The position numbers and the translations under genes were made by a program. Positions 59,947-64,000 of a DNA stretch of 64,000 bases are shown here, piece after piece; the stretch's first letter is position 1, and each line of letters starts with the position of its first letter. Under the pieces are notes generated by a model, which did not search any database, was not told the origin of the DNA, and worked only from the letters and a program-made list of their open reading frames with translations. The stretch spans positions 29,388,001 to 29,452,000 of the forward strand of contig NC_043003.1 in NCBI RefSeq assembly GCF_006345805.1, read 5' to 3'. The stretch comes from Octopus sinensis (lineage: Eukaryota).

Positions 59947-60042
59947 AACCAAAAGAGCCACCAATTTGTTTCGACTTATATACATTATTTGATTTATAAA
60001 CAATTCAATCCACATATATAAGTTTCATCAGAGCTTTGGTTT
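59947..60042 (-). ncRNA. Degenerate type-I hammerhead ribozyme motif
   Basis: Minus strand: stem I, CTGATGA (60031-60025), stem II ACTTATATA/TATATAAGT, CGAAAC (59973-59968), AAATTGGT, then stem I' (AAACCAAAGC pairs with GCT..TTTGGTTT). The cleavage triplet and stem II base pair are mutated. Confidence 0.6.
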
Positions 60043-60202
60043 AAAGACAGATAAACTTCTGTGTGAAAGGACGGCTGGGATTTTGGTTTGTTAATGATTT
60101 TTTATGTTATCTTATATTATATTATATTATAATATAAATAAATTATTGGATTGTCAATTGAATCTCTCTATTTAATTTACCATATACATATATATGTATG
60201 TT

Positions 60203-60494
60203 TGGAGGCGCAATGGTCCAGTGGTTAGGGCAGCAGACTCGCGGTCGGAGGATCGCGGTTTCGATTCCCAGACCAGGCATTGTGAGTGTTTATTGAGCGA
60301 AAACACCTAAAAGCTCCATGAGGCTCTGGCAGGGGGTGGTGATCCCTGCTGTACTCTTTCACCACTCTTTCTTCTGTTGGCCAGCTTGTTTAGCCAGCGG
60401 GGTGGCGTCATTCGAAGGCTAAAACAATGCAAACGCATTGTGACTAGCGATGTGTAGCAACATCTGATGGTCTGGTCGGTCACGTGATCACGTG

Positions 60495-60495
<1 letters not shown>
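60203..60495 (+). mobile_element. tRNA-derived SINE family D
   Basis: ggaggcgcaatggtccagtggttagggcagcagactcgcgg...ggtttcgattcccagacc (A and B boxes), followed by a non-tRNA body. Confidence 0.75.
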
Positions 60496-60506
<11 letters not shown>

Positions 60507-60528
<22 letters not shown>

Positions 60529-61733
60529 AGATATACGTATATGCGTACACACACACACACATATAAAATTACTGTTGTCTACTAGAGGATGGTAGGGGTT
60601 CACTCCTCTTGCTAGCAATATATAGGGTGCAGCACTACACTGATAACCAGCTGGTGGAAGATCTGCCTGGGGTTAAACTGGTAGTAACATGGAACAGCCA
60701 TTTTCATGTATTGATTGATTCTACTTGTTAATATAGTTACAACTCTGATCTTTTCTTGAGATTTTACGACTAGCTATTTTGCTTATTGCAAATCAGAGAG
60801 CGATGGCTGCTTTGTTTACAACATATTGTTGGCTGGAGTGGACCCTGGCTATTGCTATGGCAGCCAGGTGCTCACAACTGAGGATGAGCCAACCAGCTTG
60901 AAACTGAGTCAGTCTCATGATCCCGTTGTCTACTAGAAGATAGTAGGGGGTTCGCTCCCCCTGCTAGCAGCACTGCACTGATAACCTACTGGCGGAAGAT
61001 CTGCATGGGGTTAAACTAGTAGTAGCATGGAACAGCCACTTTGATGTGGCAATTAACTTTACTTATAAAATTACTCCTCTATGTCTATGATTCATTTGCT
61101 TTTAATCTGTGTGTGTTTGTTTGTGTGTGTGTGTGTGTGTGTAGATATACGTATATGCGTACACACACACACACATATAAAATTACTGTTGTCTACTAGA
61201 GGATGGTAGGGGTTCACTCCTCTTGCTAGCAATATATAGGGTGCAGCACTACACTGATAACCAGCTGGTGGAAGATCTGCCTGGGGTTAAACTGGTAGTA
61301 ACATGGAACAGCCATTTTCATGTATTGATTGATTCTACTTGTTAATATAGTTACAACTCTGATCTTTTCTTGAGATTTTACGACTAGCTATTTTGCTTAT
61401 TGCAAATCAGAGAGCGATGGCTGCTTTGTTTACAACATATTGTTGGCTGGAGTGGACCCTGGCTATTGCTATGGCAGCCAGGTGCTCACAACTGAGGATG
61501 AGCCAACCAGCTTGAAACTGAGTCAGTCTCATGATCCCGTTGTCTACTAGAAGATAGTAGGGGGTTCGCTCCCCCTGCTAGCAGCACTGCACTGATAACC
61601 TACTGGCGGAAGATCTGCATGGGGTTAAACTAGTAGTAGCATGGAACAGCCACTTTGATGTGGCAATTAACTTTACTTATAAAATTACTCCTCTATGTCT
61701 ATGATTCATTTGCTTTTAATCTGTGTGTGTTTG

Positions 61734-61735
<2 letters not shown>
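60507..61735. repeat. 614-bp tandem duplication (2 copies, no differences seen), each with an internal ~125-bp diverged repeat
   Basis: gtagatatacgtatatgcg at 60527 and 61141; ctgtgtgtgtttgtt at 61107 and 61721. Confidence 0.95.
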
Positions 61736-61768
<33 letters not shown>

Positions 61769-62036
61769 GCTTTCATTTACTCACTCTAAAACTAGTATGT
61801 GCACTCATCCTGTACCTCTTGTGTTAACTCTATCTCTACAATATAAAATATGACTTGAGAAATCAGTCAACCAACCAACCAACCAACCAACAAATATTTA
61901 CATCAGCTATTATTATATATATAAAGATAGTCTCAGTAGTGACTCTTTCAGAATTTGATCTCTTCCAGTGAAGTGTGACATGCACTTTAGTTAGTGTTAT
62001 TTGATTCGTTAAACCTAATTGCTTAAATCATTACAG

Positions 62037-62173
62037 CACACAGCTTTGAGAGATAATGTCCACAAATTAGAAACCGAACAAAAACAACTTGAGAAACAAT
62101 TAAGGCGAATGGAAACAACTAATATTGAGATGGTTAGCGAAACAAGAGCATTGGATGAGGAAATTGAATCTTT
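62037..62173 (+). CDS. CCDC178: CCDC178-like, coding exon 10 (gene continues beyond the window)
   Basis: atcattacag|CACACA...AATCTTT|gtaagt; 137 nt, phase 0/2; HTALRDNVHKLETEQKQLEKQLRRMETTNIEMVSETRALDEEIES. Confidence 0.85.
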
Positions 62174-63534
62174 GTAAGTCTTGTGTGGCAATTTCTTGCT
62201 ATTTTTGTTCATTCTGGTGGTGGTGGTAGTGGTAGTGGTTGTGGAAGTGTGGAGGACTTGTGGTGTTGATGTGGACAGTGGTGGTAGTGGTTGTGGTGGT
62301 GCTTTAAGTGGGATGGAGCTGTTGTTGTTGTTGTTGGTGGTGGTGGTGATGTTGTTATTGTTAGTAGTTTGGTAGTTATCGGTGGTAGTAGAGCTGTTGG
62401 CAATGGTAGTGAAGGGGTTGTTGTTGGTGGTGTTGTTGTTTGGGGGAAAGTGTTGCTCTTGTCAATGCTGGTGGTGGTTGTGGTGGTGGTGGTGGTGGCG
62501 GCGGCGGCGGTGGTGGTATTTAACCTCCAAGCCAGCATTAATCAAGCGGAACTACAATCTAGGATATCCCTTCTGTTACCACCACAATTTACATGCAGTC
62601 ATATTGCATATAAAATTACATTATCTAATAAAACCAACATGTCCTTCCCTTTTAAACATACTTGGGTGTAAGCAGAAAGATATATATTTTCCAGTGCATA
62701 AGTACTGATAGAACAGCATATATAGGATAAAATCCTTACAGAGCAGAAAATTCCTATATCTTTCTACTTGTACTACAATACATTTCAGCGCTTCAAAAAC
62801 AAACTTATGTTTGTTTACATATGACATAATACTTGGGTGTGATTTAACGGAACTTTGGCTGCTATTTATTGCAAGTCAAGTAACCACAAAGAAGCTTCTT
62901 CATTGTCTTGTTATTGTTTACCTCAAAACCAGCCTTAATCAAGAAGAGCTATGGTCAAACATATTCCTGACATGGCCATCAAATTTACTTTCATATTGTA
63001 GTGTTGGGACTTTATTTCTTAATCCATTTGCCCTTTTTTTTTGTTTTTGAAGATGGTCATGTGTTATTCTTCAAAGGATTTTGTAACTGGTCATCACTAC
63101 TTGGCTCAAGACTAGGATTTGTAGTTGCTGTTGTTGTAGATGTTATAGTCAGGGGTAGTGATGCTGTCAATAGTTTCATCAATTGTTTAAGTGATTCCAT
63201 AACACAGAGAAAGGAAATTAGCTGAGTTGGTAAGACACTGAACAAGACTCCTTGCACTATTTATTCTGGATTTTTGCCTACTAAGTTCAAAACCTATCTT
63301 AGGTAACCTTGCCTTTCATCCTTCGGAGGCTGATAAATAAAACACCAGTCAAGAGCAGTGAATTATTAGACTGTCAGTCCAAATGTCTTGTGTTATTTAC
63401 CCTAATTCTTTGTGTTCTGAATTCAGATCCTACCATGGCCTACTTTGGTTGTAGACTTAACCCAATCACTTGATTAAATACCACCATTTGGTCCTTGGTC
63501 ACTGCTACTGGAGTCCACTCTGTTGCAACATCCT

Positions 63535-63915
63535 GACTTTTAACATTTAAACTGGCCATATCTGGCTCAAATATTCTTGTTCTATGTTAGCCAGATCTAG
63601 TTTCTTACACTAACCCTACAATGTCATTCTAAATATATACAATAACATCATCAAAGTCTTAAGGTTATGAGATAATGCATAATTAATTCAAACCATTGTG
63701 AACAAATATGCATTATATTTGACAAAGTAACCTGAATGCTAAAGGGTTAAGGCTGGGAGTTTAAGAGCTGCAGCTCAGGGCCCTCTACTGAAGGCCTCCA
63801 TAGGTTAAGCTTTTAGCATTCAGCAGATTACTCTGTCAAATGTAATGCTTGTTTATTCCCACTGTTTTGAATTAATCATGCATTATCTTGTAGCTTTGAG
63901 ATTTCAATGATGTGA
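63535..63915. mobile_element. Two TTAA-type (piggyBac-like) MITE copies in inverted orientation
   Basis: ...ctgaatgctaaaGGG|TTAA at 63744-63750, and TTAAgcttttagcattcag...gaattaatcatgcattatct from 63805, the reverse complement of the first copy. Confidence 0.7.
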
Positions 63916-64000
63916 TGACAAGTGACTGAGACCCTGGCAGTATGCTGTACTTGAGAAGATTCAACAAGTCAAGTGAAACTGTAGTCATAGCTGTTACCAG

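Noticed and set aside
60203-60280. tRNA gene (also heads at 15909 and 36558)
   Set aside because: A/B boxes are present, but there is no complete cloverleaf and each continues into a repeated SINE body.
63030-63130. Strong T-rich acceptor as the next CCDC178-like exon
   Set aside because: In the required phase 2 it reaches TAA after 11 codons.

Overview
AT-rich, microsatellite-laden animal DNA, most likely Octopus/cephalopod (inferred from the SINE, RTE and Dong repeat content; not verified by a search). Two host genes can be supported. (1) The last coding exon of a LEPROT/LEPROTL1 (Vps55/endospanin) homologue on + at 1780-1896. (2) A CCDC178-like coiled-coil gene on +, which I spliced by hand from 10 phase-compatible GT-AG coding exons (19817-62173, about 453 codons, continuing past the window). 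It has a candidate RFX X-box promoter and non-coding first exon at about 12470-12640. Introns and intergenic DNA are mostly transposons: tRNA-derived SINE families, RTE, CR1/Jockey-group, Tx1/L1 and five R4/Dong LINE copies, a Penelope-like element whose RT + GIY-YIG frame has one premature stop, three Tc1/mariner elements, two hAT fossils, piggyBac-type TTAA elements, Helitron-like elements and a probable orphan LTR. Most noteworthy: a ~555-bp non-coding element present four times, always inside (ATT)n tracts alongside TAA-targeting Dong LINEs; hammerhead-ribozyme remnants in (TA)n-embedded Penelope-associated units; a Helitron carrying an NRF1/ETS promoter-like palindrome; and a 614-bp tandem duplication. 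I see no clear-cut new protein-coding system. Family names come from remembered motifs, and repeat boundaries are approximate unless TIR/TSD are quoted.
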